A stretch of DNA of 64,000 nucleotides, taken from NCBI GenBank assembly GCA_045863855.1, contig BTVV01000024.1, positions 1 through 64,000 of the forward strand. The letters are read 5' to 3'. Both the position numbers and the translations under genes were made by a program. The DNA comes from Planctomycetota bacterium (GTDB lineage Bacteria; Planctomycetota; SZUA-567; H5-PLA8). Shown one piece after another: positions 27,959 through 37,629 of this stretch. The notes under the pieces were generated by a model. That model worked only from the letters and a program-made list of their open reading frames with translations. It searched no databases and was not told where the DNA came from. Each line of letters opens with the position of its first letter. Position 1 is the stretch's first letter.

Positions 27959-29068
27959 ATGTTCGAGTATGCGCCGGTTCGTTTCGTCATCGTCGGCTGC
28001 GGTTCGATCGCCCAGAAGGGTTATCAGCCGCGCTTGCAGGCGTATCCGAAAAAAGTGGCGCTGCACGGCTACTGCGATCAGCACCGGCCGAGCGCCGAAG
28101 GGCTGGCGGCGCAGGCGGGCGGCGGAAAGGTGTACGACTCCGTCGAGGACGTACTGGCCGATCCGGAGGTCGAGGCGATTCTGAACCTGACCACGATTAA
28201 AGGCCACTACCCGCTCTCGCTGGCGGCATTGAAGGCGGGCAAGCACGTATATTCCGAGAAGCCCATCAGCATCACGTCGGCGCAGGCGACGGAATTGATC
28301 GAGGAGGCCGAGAAGCGCGGCTTGAAGCTGGCGTGCGCGCCGTCGTCGCCGCTGGGGTACGAACAGCAGGACGTCTGGCGGCGCATTCGCGCCGGCGAGA
28401 TCGGGCAGCCGCATACGGTGATCGGAAACTTTTCCTGCACGCGCCTGGAAGCGTGGCACCCCAACGCAGATGCGTTTATGGCCGACGGCATCAGCGTCGT
28501 GGGCGACGCCGCGCCGTACCCGCTGATCATGATGACGACGTACTTCGGGCCGGTGGCGCGCGTCTTCGGCTTCGCGCGCAACGTGGTGCCGGAACGGAAG
28601 CTCATGGTCGGCCCGCGCGCGGGCACCCCATTTAAGCCGGCGATTCCCGACCACGTGATGGGGTTGCTCGAGTTCGCCAACGGGATGCGCGGCTTCTTGA
28701 ACTGCGGCTGGTCGGGACGATCCGATACGCCGCCGTTCGAAGTCAGCGGCACCGAGGGCGGCTTCGCGTTGAATCCGCACAACGACGGCGCGGGGATTCG
28801 CACGTGGTCGCAGTATTCGGGCGAGATTAAGCCGGTTCCGACCCCCGCGAAAGCGATGCCCAACGCGCTCGACTGGGGCAAAGGTCCGGTCGATCTGGCC
28901 GACGCGATTCGGCGCAAACGTCCTGTACGCTGTTCGCCGTACCAGGCGCGGCATCTGGTCGAGATCGCGGAGCGACTCAACGAGGCCTCGCTCAAAGGCG
29001 GCTTGGTGGAACTGACGACGCGCTTCGATCCGCCGGAGCCGGTGGGCGAAGTAGCTCCCTGGGAGTAA
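27959..29068 (+). CDS. Gfo/Idh/MocA oxidoreductase
   Basis: VGCGSIA, H......AL.AGKHVYSEKP. Confidence 0.9.
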   Translation: MFEYAPVRFVIVGCGSIAQKGYQPRLQAYPKKVALHGYCDQHRPSAEGLAAQAGGGKVYDSVEDVLADPEVEAILNLTTIKGHYPLSLAALKAGKHVYSEKPISITSAQATELIEEAEKRGLKLACAPSSPLGYEQQDVWRRIRAGEIGQPHTVIGNFSCTRLEAWHPNADAFMADGISVVGDAAPYPLIMMTTYFGPVARVFGFARNVVPERKLMVGPRAGTPFKPAIPDHVMGLLEFANGMRGFLNCGWSGRSDTPPFEVSGTEGGFALNPHNDGAGIRTWSQYSGEIKPVPTPAKAMPNALDWGKGPVDLADAIRRKRPVRCSPYQARHLVEIAERLNEASLKGGLVELTTRFDPPEPVGEVAPWE

Positions 29069-29198
29069 CCGCCGGCGAAGCTCAAGACGCAGCCCGCGCT
29101 TGGGCACGGCCGCCTATGGATTAGACCGCAAAAGCACTCACCGCTATAGTCCGGCTCTCGTATCCGCTGATTGGATATTGGCTTCGAGAGCTGCGCAC

Positions 29199-32100
29199 AT
29201 GCTTCGTCCGTTACGTCTTCTGGCGAGCGTGATGCTGTGGCCCCTCCTTTATGTGGGAGGCGCCGGAGGATCCGCCGTGGCCGAGGACCAACCGCCCCAG
29301 CCGTTCGCGTTGCCCGAAGCTCGCGCGGACCAACCCTTTTTCTTGAGCGGCGAGGCCAGCGGGCGAATCTGGGCGCTCGCGGCCGAGCTTCCGGCGCTTA
29401 CCTTGGACGGTATTCCCGAAGCCGCCGGTCGCTCCACACGCGTGCACGCTTTGCGGGTGGGCGGGTGGCTCGTGCTGGGACTGGACGCGCTGGAGCCCGA
29501 GGGCCTCGTGGCGCGCGAAGGCGTGCACGGAGGCGAACCGTGGTTCGAGGACGCGTTTTCGATTGTCCTGACCGGCGCGCACACGCTTCAAGTGACGGTC
29601 AATCCCTTCGGAGCCACGTGGTGCCAGTTCGACGGCAAGACGGGGTTGGCTCCTTTGGTGGACGGAACGGTGAAGACGGCCGCGCGTTGCGGGGACGGCC
29701 GCTGGCGGGCCGAGATCGCGGTGAACGCGGGTGCGCTTGGCGCCGCGAAGGACAGGCTCACGCTGCGCGTGCGGCGGCAGCGCCAGCAGCGCGGTCTGGT
29801 GGCTTACGAAGAGCCTGCGACGCCCGAACTGGCGTTGGATTCGGCCGGCGCGTGGCGCGGCGCGGCCGAGGTCCGGATCGAGACGGCGCTTCCACAGGTT
29901 TTTTCGGCGCGCGCTACACTGGCCGCGGCAAAGTGTGACGCCGAGCCCGCCGGCACGGCCGAGTGGTCGGCGTTTCCGGCGCAGCCGTTACGGGAAGAAT
30001 CGGGCTTCGCTCCGGTCGATCCGGCCTTCCAGCCCACCGAGGTCCGCGCGGTGATGGCGGGCGATACGCTTTGCCTGCGCGTCACCTGCCACGAAACGCA
30101 TCTGGACTCGCTCTCGGAAGCCGGCCAGGAGCTCTGGCGCGAGGACAGCCTCGAACTCTTCATCGGGCCAGAGTTGTGGCCATATATTCAGTTCTCGGGC
30201 GGGCCGCAGGGACGCTTCACGGCTTCGCAGGGCAAGACGGGCGGGCGGCATGTGCGCGGCGCGACGGTTCCGGAAGGCGTGACGTACGCGGCCGAAAAAT
30301 CGGAGCACGCATGGACGGCGACGCTGCGCCTGCCGCTGGGCGCCTTGCGCTCCGCGCTGGGTTTGCCGAACGGGCTCGATCCGACCGTGTACCCGTGGCG
30401 TATTCAGATCGTGCGCAATCGTCCCGAGCGAGAAGCGCTTGGCCAGACCGCGCAGCGCTCGTTGCTCGCGTTGACTCATAGCGCCACATCGCACTGCCCG
30501 CTGCGCTTCGGATTGCTGCGCATCGTGGAAGACGCGGTTGCTCCGCACGCGCCCGAGACGGCGGTTGAACTGCCGGCTCCGGTCCTGGACCGGGAAGCGC
30601 GCGCGCAGCTTAAGGCCACGGGGCTGGTTGAGGCCTGGGCGTCGCGCCGCCGCGATCGCTTTGCCGCGGAGCGTGACGCGCAACTTGAGCTCGCTTTGAA
30701 GGATGCGAACGGTTGGAACGCGTACGCGGCGACGCTGCGGGAGCGACTGCGCGCGAGCCTCTTTCCGGCTACGGCGGGCAAGCCGCCCGCGCGCACCCCG
30801 CTGAACGCGCAGGTCGTCTACGAAATCGCGCACGACGGCTTCCGTTGCATCGGCGTAATCTTCGAGTCGCGGCCCGGGCTTCCGGTGCCGGGCACGCTCT
30901 TCGCCCCGCCGCAAGCGGCTGCCGAGGGCGCACCGCGTCCGGCGCTGATCCTGATTCCCGCGCACCACACGCCGCGCAACGCGCCGGACCTGTTCGTGAT
31001 GGGCGCGAACATCGCTCGCGCGGGCGGCTACGCGCTGGCGCTGGAATCGATCGGCTCGGGCGAGCGCGCCGTCAGCGCGCGATGGGAGCACAAAACGTAT
31101 CAGCGCTGCATGGCGGGCGCGCAGCTCGCACTGGCCGGAGAGGAACTCGCCGGCTGGATCGCTTGGGATATCTCGCGCGGCGTCGATTACTTGCTCGAAC
31201 GCGGCGACGTGGACTCCAAGCGCATCGGCATTCTGGGCGGTGTAGCCGGTGGCGGGGATCTGGCGGCGGTCGCGGGGGTCTTCGACGAGCGCTTCGACGT
31301 GACGATCCCGTTCAACTTCTCGGCGCACAAACCCATGGGCGGCTACTACGATCCGCCGCGCACGCTGGTGGGATCGCACACGGCGGGACTGACGCCGTGC
31401 TTGATCGACGCGCTGGTCGCGCCGCGGCGGCTGATCCAGGCGCAGGAATTCGATTGGAGCGAGGCCTGCCAATCCAGCCACGCGCTCCTGAAGCGTGTCT
31501 ACGGCGCGCTGGGCGCCGAAGCGAACCTTACGTTCATGCACGGCGGCGCGAATACGCACGCGACGCACTTCGCCGCGCTGCACCGCATGCCGCTGTACCG
31601 CGCGCTGAACGGATGGTGGGGGCTGGAGCTGCCGAAGGACGAGGCCTCCGAGTTCAAGCCGAAGCTCAACGCCGCCAATCTGGAATGCTTCCAATCGCCG
31701 AAGGGCCGTGCGCACTTGAACGCGTTGCGCGAAGCTGGGTGCTTACGGGAGCCGCACGCCTACGCCAAGGAATTGGCCGGTGCGTATGCGCGCACGCAGG
31801 CCCCCGACGAACTGCGCGAGCGACTGGCCACGGTATTGGGCGAGACCGAGCCGCTGGCGCCGGACGCGGCGGGCGCTAAAGCACTCGACCGCGGCCTCTG
31901 GCGCGGCGCGAAGGTGGAAGGTTTCTGGTTCCCGGCCGAAGCGGCGGCGGCCGATGCGCCGCCGCCGGGCCTGGCGCTCTGGCTATTCACGCCGGCGGCG
32001 GGTCCAGCGCCGCACCCGGCGGTGTTGGGCTTTGCGCCGGCCGGGAAAGCGCGGCTGTTGCGCGAGCGCGCGGCGGAGGTCGAACGCCTGCTCGCGGCGG

Positions 32101-32786
32101 GCGTGGCCGTTGCGCTGCTGGATGTGCGCGGCTGCGGCGAGAGCAGCCCCGGGCCCGAGCGCGATCCGGAAGGCGCGTCGGCGACGCTTGCGACGGTGCT
32201 GTGGATGCAGCGCGACAGCCTGCCGCTGCGGCAATTGAAAGATGTGCGCACGGCGCTGGCCTTTTTGGCCGCGCGCGAAGGGCTGGACGCGCAGCGCTTC
32301 GCGCTGTGGGGCGATGGTTTGGTGGAACCGCAAGCCGCGCCGAACGCTGCGCTGCGCTTTTCCGAGACCGGTTTCCGCGCGTGCTCGCCCGAGCCCGTCG
32401 TACGAGCCGAGCCCGCGGGCGGATGGCTGGCGCTGGCGGCGGGGCTGCACGCCTTCCACGCCGCAGGCGGACAAACGCGGCGCGTAAAGGCGGTGCTCGC
32501 GCGCGGGACGCTGTTCGCTTTCGCATCGGCGTTGGACGAGCGCCACACGTACCTGCCGCTGGATGCGCAGATCCCGGGGCTTTTGCGCGTGGGGGACAGC
32601 GGCGATTTTGCGGCGGCTTTGAACACGTGGAACGTGCGGGTCTACGCCGAGGATCTGCGCGACGCGTGCAACCGGGCGGTCAGTCCGGCTCAGATTCGCG
32701 CGGCGTGGGGCGCTGCCGCGCCCGAAGGTTACGCGGCTGCGCCGACGGTGCGCGCGATCGAGGCGCTGATCGCAGCCTTGCGCTGA
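29199..32786 (+). CDS. Large exported protein: CBM9-like domains plus acetyl-xylan-esterase-like alpha/beta hydrolase domains
   Basis: Signal-peptide-like N-terminus; W.ED..E.F and W.AEI CBM9-like patterns; FESRPG..VPG.L..P, WD.SRGVDYL..R.DVD..RI, DVRG.GE. Confidence 0.65.
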   Translation: MLRPLRLLASVMLWPLLYVGGAGGSAVAEDQPPQPFALPEARADQPFFLSGEASGRIWALAAELPALTLDGIPEAAGRSTRVHALRVGGWLVLGLDALEPEGLVAREGVHGGEPWFEDAFSIVLTGAHTLQVTVNPFGATWCQFDGKTGLAPLVDGTVKTAARCGDGRWRAEIAVNAGALGAAKDRLTLRVRRQRQQRGLVAYEEPATPELALDSAGAWRGAAEVRIETALPQVFSARATLAAAKCDAEPAGTAEWSAFPAQPLREESGFAPVDPAFQPTEVRAVMAGDTLCLRVTCHETHLDSLSEAGQELWREDSLELFIGPELWPYIQFSGGPQGRFTASQGKTGGRHVRGATVPEGVTYAAEKSEHAWTATLRLPLGALRSALGLPNGLDPTVYPWRIQIVRNRPEREALGQTAQRSLLALTHSATSHCPLRFGLLRIVEDAVAPHAPETAVELPAPVLDREARAQLKATGLVEAWASRRRDRFAAERDAQLELALKDANGWNAYAATLRERLRASLFPATAGKPPARTPLNAQVVYEIAHDGFRCIGVIFESRPGLPVPGTLFAPPQAAAEGAPRPALILIPAHHTPRNAPDLFVMGANIARAGGYALALESIGSGERAVSARWEHKTYQRCMAGAQLALAGEELAGWIAWDISRGVDYLLERGDVDSKRIGILGGVAGGGDLAAVAGVFDERFDVTIPFNFSAHKPMGGYYDPPRTLVGSHTAGLTPCLIDALVAPRRLIQAQEFDWSEACQSSHALLKRVYGALGAEANLTFMHGGANTHATHFAALHRMPLYRALNGWWGLELPKDEASEFKPKLNAANLECFQSPKGRAHLNALREAGCLREPHAYAKELAGAYARTQAPDELRERLATVLGETEPLAPDAAGAKALDRGLWRGAKVEGFWFPAEAAAADAPPPGLALWLFTPAAGPAPHPAVLGFAPAGKARLLRERAAEVERLLAAGVAVALLDVRGCGESSPGPERDPEGASATLATVLWMQRDSLPLRQLKDVRTALAFLAAREGLDAQRFALWGDGLVEPQAAPNAALRFSETGFRACSPEPVVRAEPAGGWLALAAGLHAFHAAGGQTRRVKAVLARGTLFAFASALDERHTYLPLDAQIPGLLRVGDSGDFAAALNTWNVRVYAEDLRDACNRAVSPAQIRAAWGAAAPEGYAAAPTVRAIEALIAALR

Positions 32787-32804
32787 AGAAGTCCGTAGCA
32801 GGCC

Positions 32805-33076
32805 CGCATTCCCGCCGCCGCACCCGCGCGCGGGACCGTCGTATCCTTGCGCGTACACGTGCCCGCTGCGCACGGCAAGCACGCGGTGAGCTCCGCGCAA
32901 GCCTGCCCGGCGGAGGTTATTTGGATGCGTGGGAACCGGTGGTCATCGTCGCGGCGGAGCCGAAGGATGTCGCGCTTCCGGCCGCGTTCAACGATCCGGC
33001 CGGAACTTGGATCGTCGAAGCCACCGACGTCTTCGCGCTGAAGCGGACCGTGGAGAATCCGCTGCATGTTAAATGA
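32805..33076 (+). pseudogene. Frameshifted C-terminal gene fragment
   Basis: PAAAPARGTVVSLRVHVPAAHGKHAV in one frame continues as ELRASLPGG...LPAAFNDPAGTWIVEATDVF in another; no plausible start. Confidence 0.45.
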
Positions 33077-33085
33077 GCCGCGAAA

Positions 33086-33892
33086 TTACGCCGGCGGTTT
33101 GAAGCGCGGCGATTGGCTCAGGAACTTGACCGGATTTCCGAAGCTGACTTGCTCCACGAACGCCGCCGGATGCCCGCGGCGCAGCAATTCCTGATGGCAC
33201 TTGGGCACGGCGAGCGGATCGCTGGAACCCCAGTCGCCGGCGCTGTTGATCCACATCCGCTCGTTCCCGTACGTCTCGAAAATATCGGCCGCGCGCTGCG
33301 GCGTGCACTTGGTATCGGGGTACAGCGTCATACCGGCCCAGAATCCGCGGTCCAGCACCGGCTTGACGGTGTGCTCTTCGACGTGGTCGATCAGCACGCG
33401 GCCGGGCTCGATCTTGCCGTGCGCGGCGATCGCGTCCATGATCAGGCGCGTACCTTTCAGCTTGTCCTCCAAGTGCGGCGTGTGCACGAGAATCAGCTGG
33501 CCGTGCTTGGCCGCGAGGTCGATCTGCGCCTCGAGGATCGTCATTTCGTTTCGGCTGTTCTTGTTCAGCCCGATCTCGCCGATGCCCAGCACGTTAGGCT
33601 GGTTCAGGAACTGCGGGATCAGCGCGATCACGTCCTTGGCGAAGACCGGGTCTTCGGCCTCCTTCGGATTGATGCACAGCCAGGTGTAATGCTTGATCCC
33701 GTACTGCGCGGCGCGCTTGGGCTCGTACTCGGTGAGCTGCCGGAAGTAATCGAAGAAGCCTTGGGCGCTGGAGCGGTCGAAACCGGCCCAGAACGCGGGC
33801 TCGGTGAGCGCCACGCAACCGGCCAGCGCCATGCGCTGGTAGTCGTCGGTGGTGCGCGAAACCATGTGCACGTGCGGATCGATGTACCTCAT
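33086..33892 (-). CDS. TatD family metallohydrolase (EboB-like)
   Basis: [39 protein letters not shown]. Confidence 0.88.
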   Translation of the reverse strand: MRYIDPHVHMVSRTTDDYQRMALAGCVALTEPAFWAGFDRSSAQGFFDYFRQLTEYEPKRAAQYGIKHYTWLCINPKEAEDPVFAKDVIALIPQFLNQPNVLGIGEIGLNKNSRNEMTILEAQIDLAAKHGQLILVHTPHLEDKLKGTRLIMDAIAAHGKIEPGRVLIDHVEEHTVKPVLDRGFWAGMTLYPDTKCTPQRAADIFETYGNERMWINSAGDWGSSDPLAVPKCHQELLRRGHPAAFVEQVSFGNPVKFLSQSPRFKPPA

Positions 33893-34197
33893 CGCGCGCC
33901 TCCGTCGTACGCGCCCAGCGCGCCCTTCATCGGCGCTTTTGGGATCGGGGCGGTGCTGGGATCGCTGAACGATTCGAGGACACGGCGCGCGCGGTCGGGT
34001 TTGCCGTCGTCGAGGATCGCGAACGCTTTGCGCAAGGCCGCGACGCGAAAGTCCTCCTTAGTCTCGCCTTGAGGATCGGCGCGCTCGAGCCGGTCGAGAA
34101 ACGCGGCCAGATCGAGCAGCTTGGCGCGATGCTCCAGAAAATACGCATCGACCACCTGTTTGCGGCTCATCGGACACGTGTACGTGGGGGCGCTCAT
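33889..34197 (-). CDS. Conserved hypothetical protein
   Basis: [18 protein letters not shown]...DFR...SDP; ATGA overlap with TatD gene. Confidence 0.75.
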   Translation of the reverse strand: MSAPTYTCPMSRKQVVDAYFLEHRAKLLDLAAFLDRLERADPQGETKEDFRVAALRKAFAILDDGKPDRARRVLESFSDPSTAPIPKAPMKGALGAYDGGAR

Positions 34198-34331
34198 GCG
34201 GCATCCTCCCGGGGCGCTGGTCCATGCAGCATAGCCTACCGCGCGCCCGCGGTCGAGGCCGACGCGCCTGACTTTGCAGCCCGCGCGCCGAACGGGTAAA
34301 CCCGGTGCCGCTTTATCCGGAGAAACCACGC

Positions 34332-37300
34332 ATGTCCCAGGGCTACTACCGCCACCCCACGCTGCACCGCGACACGCTCGTTTTCGTCTGCGAGGACGAT
34401 CTGTGGACCGTTTCGGTCTCCGGCGGCGTGCCGCGGCGGCTGACTTCGGGCCAGGCCGAGGCGAGCCATCCAAGCCTCTCGCCCGACGGGAAGTGGCTGG
34501 CTTTCGTGGGCCGCGAGGAAGGCCATGCCGAAGTGTACGTGATGCCGGCCGACGGCGGCCTGCCGGTGCGGCGAACCTTCCTGGGTTCGGGGGTGCCGCG
34601 GATCAGCGGCTGGAGCCGCGACGGGCGGCGCGTGCTCTTCGCGACCAACGCGCGCCAGCCGTTGGCGCGGATGGTCGCGCTCTTCAGCGTCGACCGCGAC
34701 GGCGGCGAACCGGCTGAGGAACCTTATGGGCTGGCGATGTTCCACTCGTTCGGTCCGCGCGGCGCGGTGGTTCTGTGCCGCCACGGCGGCGATCCGGCGC
34801 GTTGGAAGCGTTACAAGGGCGGCACCGTCGGAGCCCTGTGGGTCGACCGCAAGGGCGACGGCGCGTTCGAACGCCTGATCGAGACCGGCGGGAACCTCTC
34901 GGCCCCGCTCTGGCTGGGCAACCGGATCTACTTCCACAGCGACCACGAAGGCATCGGCAACCTGTATAGCTGCACGCCGAAGGGGGAAGACCTCAAGCGC
35001 CACACTCAGCATAAGAATTTCTACCTGCGCCATCCGTCCAGCGACGGCCGCCGGATCGCCTACCAGGCCGGAGCCGATCTGTTCGTCTTCGATCCGCGCA
35101 CGGGCAAGAGCGCGAAAGTGAAGTTCGATTGGAAGAGCCCTCGGACGCAGCGGCAGCGCAAGTTCGTGGAGACGGCGCAGTACCTGGAGGATTACGCGCC
35201 GCATCCCAAGGGCGAGGCGCTGGCGGTGACGTGCCGCGGGCGCGTGGCGAGCTTCGGGAACTACGACGGCGGCGTGACGGTCCACGGCGAGCTCGACGGC
35301 GTGCGTTATCGTCTCGGTCGCTGGCTGCCCGACGGCCGGCGGCTCGTCGCGGTCACCGATCTGGGCGGCGCGAAGGATCAAGAGCAACTGGTCCTCTTCC
35401 AGGCCGACGGAAGCGCCGCGCCGAAGCTCCTGGGCGCGCTCGACCTGGGCCGTCCGACCGAACTCCTCGTCTCGCCTGCGGACGACCTGGTCGCCGTGAC
35501 CAACCACCGCCACGAACTTCTCACCGTCGATTTGAAGTCCAAGCGCTTGCGCAAGATCGACGCCAGCCGCCACGAAGCCATCCACGGCGTGGCGTGGTCG
35601 CCCGACGGACAGTGGCTCGCGTACGGCTTCATGGAAACGGCGCACACCGGCGTGATCCGGCTTTGCGAGGCGAAGCGCGGCAAGCCGGTGAACGCGACGC
35701 GCGCGGTGGCCGTGGACTGGTGCCCCAGCTTCGATCCGGACGGCAAGTACCTCTATTTCCTTTCGGCGCGGGAGTTCAACCCGGTTTACGACACGCTCCT
35801 GTTCCAGATCGGCTTTCCGCGCATGATGCGGCCGTACGCCATCGCGCTCCGCGAAGACGTGCGCAGCCCGTTCGTACGCGACTGGCAACCCGCCGCCGCC
35901 GAAAACCTGAAAAAGGAAAAGGCACAAGAGAAAGGGAAAGCCGAGCCGCCCAAAGACAGCAAGGCCCCGCCGGTCAAGATCGACCTCAAGGGCCTGCCCG
36001 ACCGCGTGATTCCGTTCCCGGCGCCGGAAGGGCGTTATGGGCAAATCGCCGGGATCGCGGGCGGCGCGGTCTATACGAGCTACGACGTGGAAGGCGCGCT
36101 GGGGCGAAACTGGGCCAGCGGCGACGCGAGCGCGCGGGCGAAGCTGGAGGTCTTCAAGTTCGAGGACGGAAAGCCCGACACACTCGTCGGTGCGCTCACG
36201 AACTTCAAGCTCAGTGCCGACGCGCAGACGCTCGTCTTCCGCGCCGGGGCCAAGCTGCGCGTGGTCAAGGCCGGCGAGAAACCCAGCGACAAAGAGGAGC
36301 CGGCGCGCAAGAGCGGCTGGATCGATCTGAAGCGCGTGCGTATTCAAGTCAACCCGGTGGCGGAATGGCGCCAGATGTATCTCGAAGCATGGCGTCTGAT
36401 GCGCGACCATTTCTGGGTGGAGGACATGAGCGGCGTCGACTGGCGGCGCGTCCGCGACCGCTACCTTCCGCTGCTCGACCGCGTTGCCAGCCGCGGTGAA
36501 TTCAGCGATCTGATCTGGGAGATGCAGGGCGAGACCGGGACCAGCCACGCCTACGAACTGGGCGGCGATTACCGCCAGGGCCCCAGCTACCCCGTGGGCA
36601 AGCTGGGCTGCACCTTTACCTACGACCGCGCGAAGAAGGCGTACCGCATCGAGCGCATCGTGAAGGGCGATCCGTGGGATCCGGGCGCAACCTCCCCGCT
36701 GCTGGCGCCGGGCACGGGCCTGCGCGAAGGGCAGTTCGTCACGGCCATCAACGGCCGGGCGCTGGCCGAACGCCTGCCGCCGGAGGAACTGCTCGTCCAC
36801 CAGGCCGGGCAGGACGTGACCCTCACCCTTGCCAGCGGGAAGCGCGTGACGGTCAAAGCCGTCGGCAGCGAAGTCTTGGCGCGTTACCGCGAATGGGTAA
36901 ACGCCAATCGCGCGCGCGTCGAGCGCGAGTCGAAGGGCCGCGTGGGTTACATCCACGTGCCCGACATGAGCCCGCACGGCTACGCGGAGTTCCACCGCCA
37001 GTATCTCGAAGCGGTGGACAAGGACGCGCTCCTGATCGACGTGCGCTACAACGGCGGAGGGCATGTCTCGCAACTGCTGCTCGAGAAGCTGCGCCGCCGC
37101 ATCGTCGGCTGGGACATGACGCGCTGGACCGAACCGATGCCGTATCCCAACGACGCGCCGCGCGGGCCGCTGGTGGCGCTGACCAACGAATTGGCCGGAA
37201 GCGACGGGGACATCTTTAGCCACTGCTTCAAGCTCTACAAGCTGGGGCCGCTGATCGGCCGGCGGACGTGGGGCGGCGTGATCGGCATCAACCCCAAGCA

Positions 37301-37550
37301 GCGCCTCGTCGACGGCAGCGTGACGACGCAGCCGGAGTACAGCTTCTGGTTCGAGGACGTGGCGTGGAAGGTCGAGAACTACGGCACCGATCCGGATATC
37401 GATCTGGACCTCGCGCCGCAGGACTTCGCCGCGGGGCGCGATCCGCAGCTCGAAAAGGGGCTGGCCGTGGTGCTGGAGCTGCTGAAGGCGCATCCTCCGC
37501 GTACGCCGCAGTTTCATCCTCGGCCGCGCCTGGCGCTGCCGAACGAGTAG
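34332..37550 (+). CDS. Tricorn protease homolog (S41)
   Basis: F..EDDLW, RY.GG, beta-propeller repeats, SHAY, PDZ, GYIHVPDM, DVRYNGGG, GSDGDIF, GRRTWGG. Confidence 0.95.
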   Translation: MSQGYYRHPTLHRDTLVFVCEDDLWTVSVSGGVPRRLTSGQAEASHPSLSPDGKWLAFVGREEGHAEVYVMPADGGLPVRRTFLGSGVPRISGWSRDGRRVLFATNARQPLARMVALFSVDRDGGEPAEEPYGLAMFHSFGPRGAVVLCRHGGDPARWKRYKGGTVGALWVDRKGDGAFERLIETGGNLSAPLWLGNRIYFHSDHEGIGNLYSCTPKGEDLKRHTQHKNFYLRHPSSDGRRIAYQAGADLFVFDPRTGKSAKVKFDWKSPRTQRQRKFVETAQYLEDYAPHPKGEALAVTCRGRVASFGNYDGGVTVHGELDGVRYRLGRWLPDGRRLVAVTDLGGAKDQEQLVLFQADGSAAPKLLGALDLGRPTELLVSPADDLVAVTNHRHELLTVDLKSKRLRKIDASRHEAIHGVAWSPDGQWLAYGFMETAHTGVIRLCEAKRGKPVNATRAVAVDWCPSFDPDGKYLYFLSAREFNPVYDTLLFQIGFPRMMRPYAIALREDVRSPFVRDWQPAAAENLKKEKAQEKGKAEPPKDSKAPPVKIDLKGLPDRVIPFPAPEGRYGQIAGIAGGAVYTSYDVEGALGRNWASGDASARAKLEVFKFEDGKPDTLVGALTNFKLSADAQTLVFRAGAKLRVVKAGEKPSDKEEPARKSGWIDLKRVRIQVNPVAEWRQMYLEAWRLMRDHFWVEDMSGVDWRRVRDRYLPLLDRVASRGEFSDLIWEMQGETGTSHAYELGGDYRQGPSYPVGKLGCTFTYDRAKKAYRIERIVKGDPWDPGATSPLLAPGTGLREGQFVTAINGRALAERLPPEELLVHQAGQDVTLTLASGKRVTVKAVGSEVLARYREWVNANRARVERESKGRVGYIHVPDMSPHGYAEFHRQYLEAVDKDALLIDVRYNGGGHVSQLLLEKLRRRIVGWDMTRWTEPMPYPNDAPRGPLVALTNELAGSDGDIFSHCFKLYKLGPLIGRRTWGGVIGINPKQRLVDGSVTTQPEYSFWFEDVAWKVENYGTDPDIDLDLAPQDFAAGRDPQLEKGLAVVLELLKAHPPRTPQFHPRPRLALPNE

Positions 37551-37629
37551 TGCCACCTTTTAAGTAGCGGTCCGGAAGGCTAGGATATGTGCGTGCCGGG
37601 CGGTCCGGCGCGCGAGGCCGCCGCTTGGC

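Noticed and set aside
34236..37556. 1106-aa minus-strand ORF (and similar long ORFs such as 45491-48037, 1555-2781, 19606-21303)
   Set aside because: Antisense shadows of well-supported genes in high-GC DNA, with no motifs.
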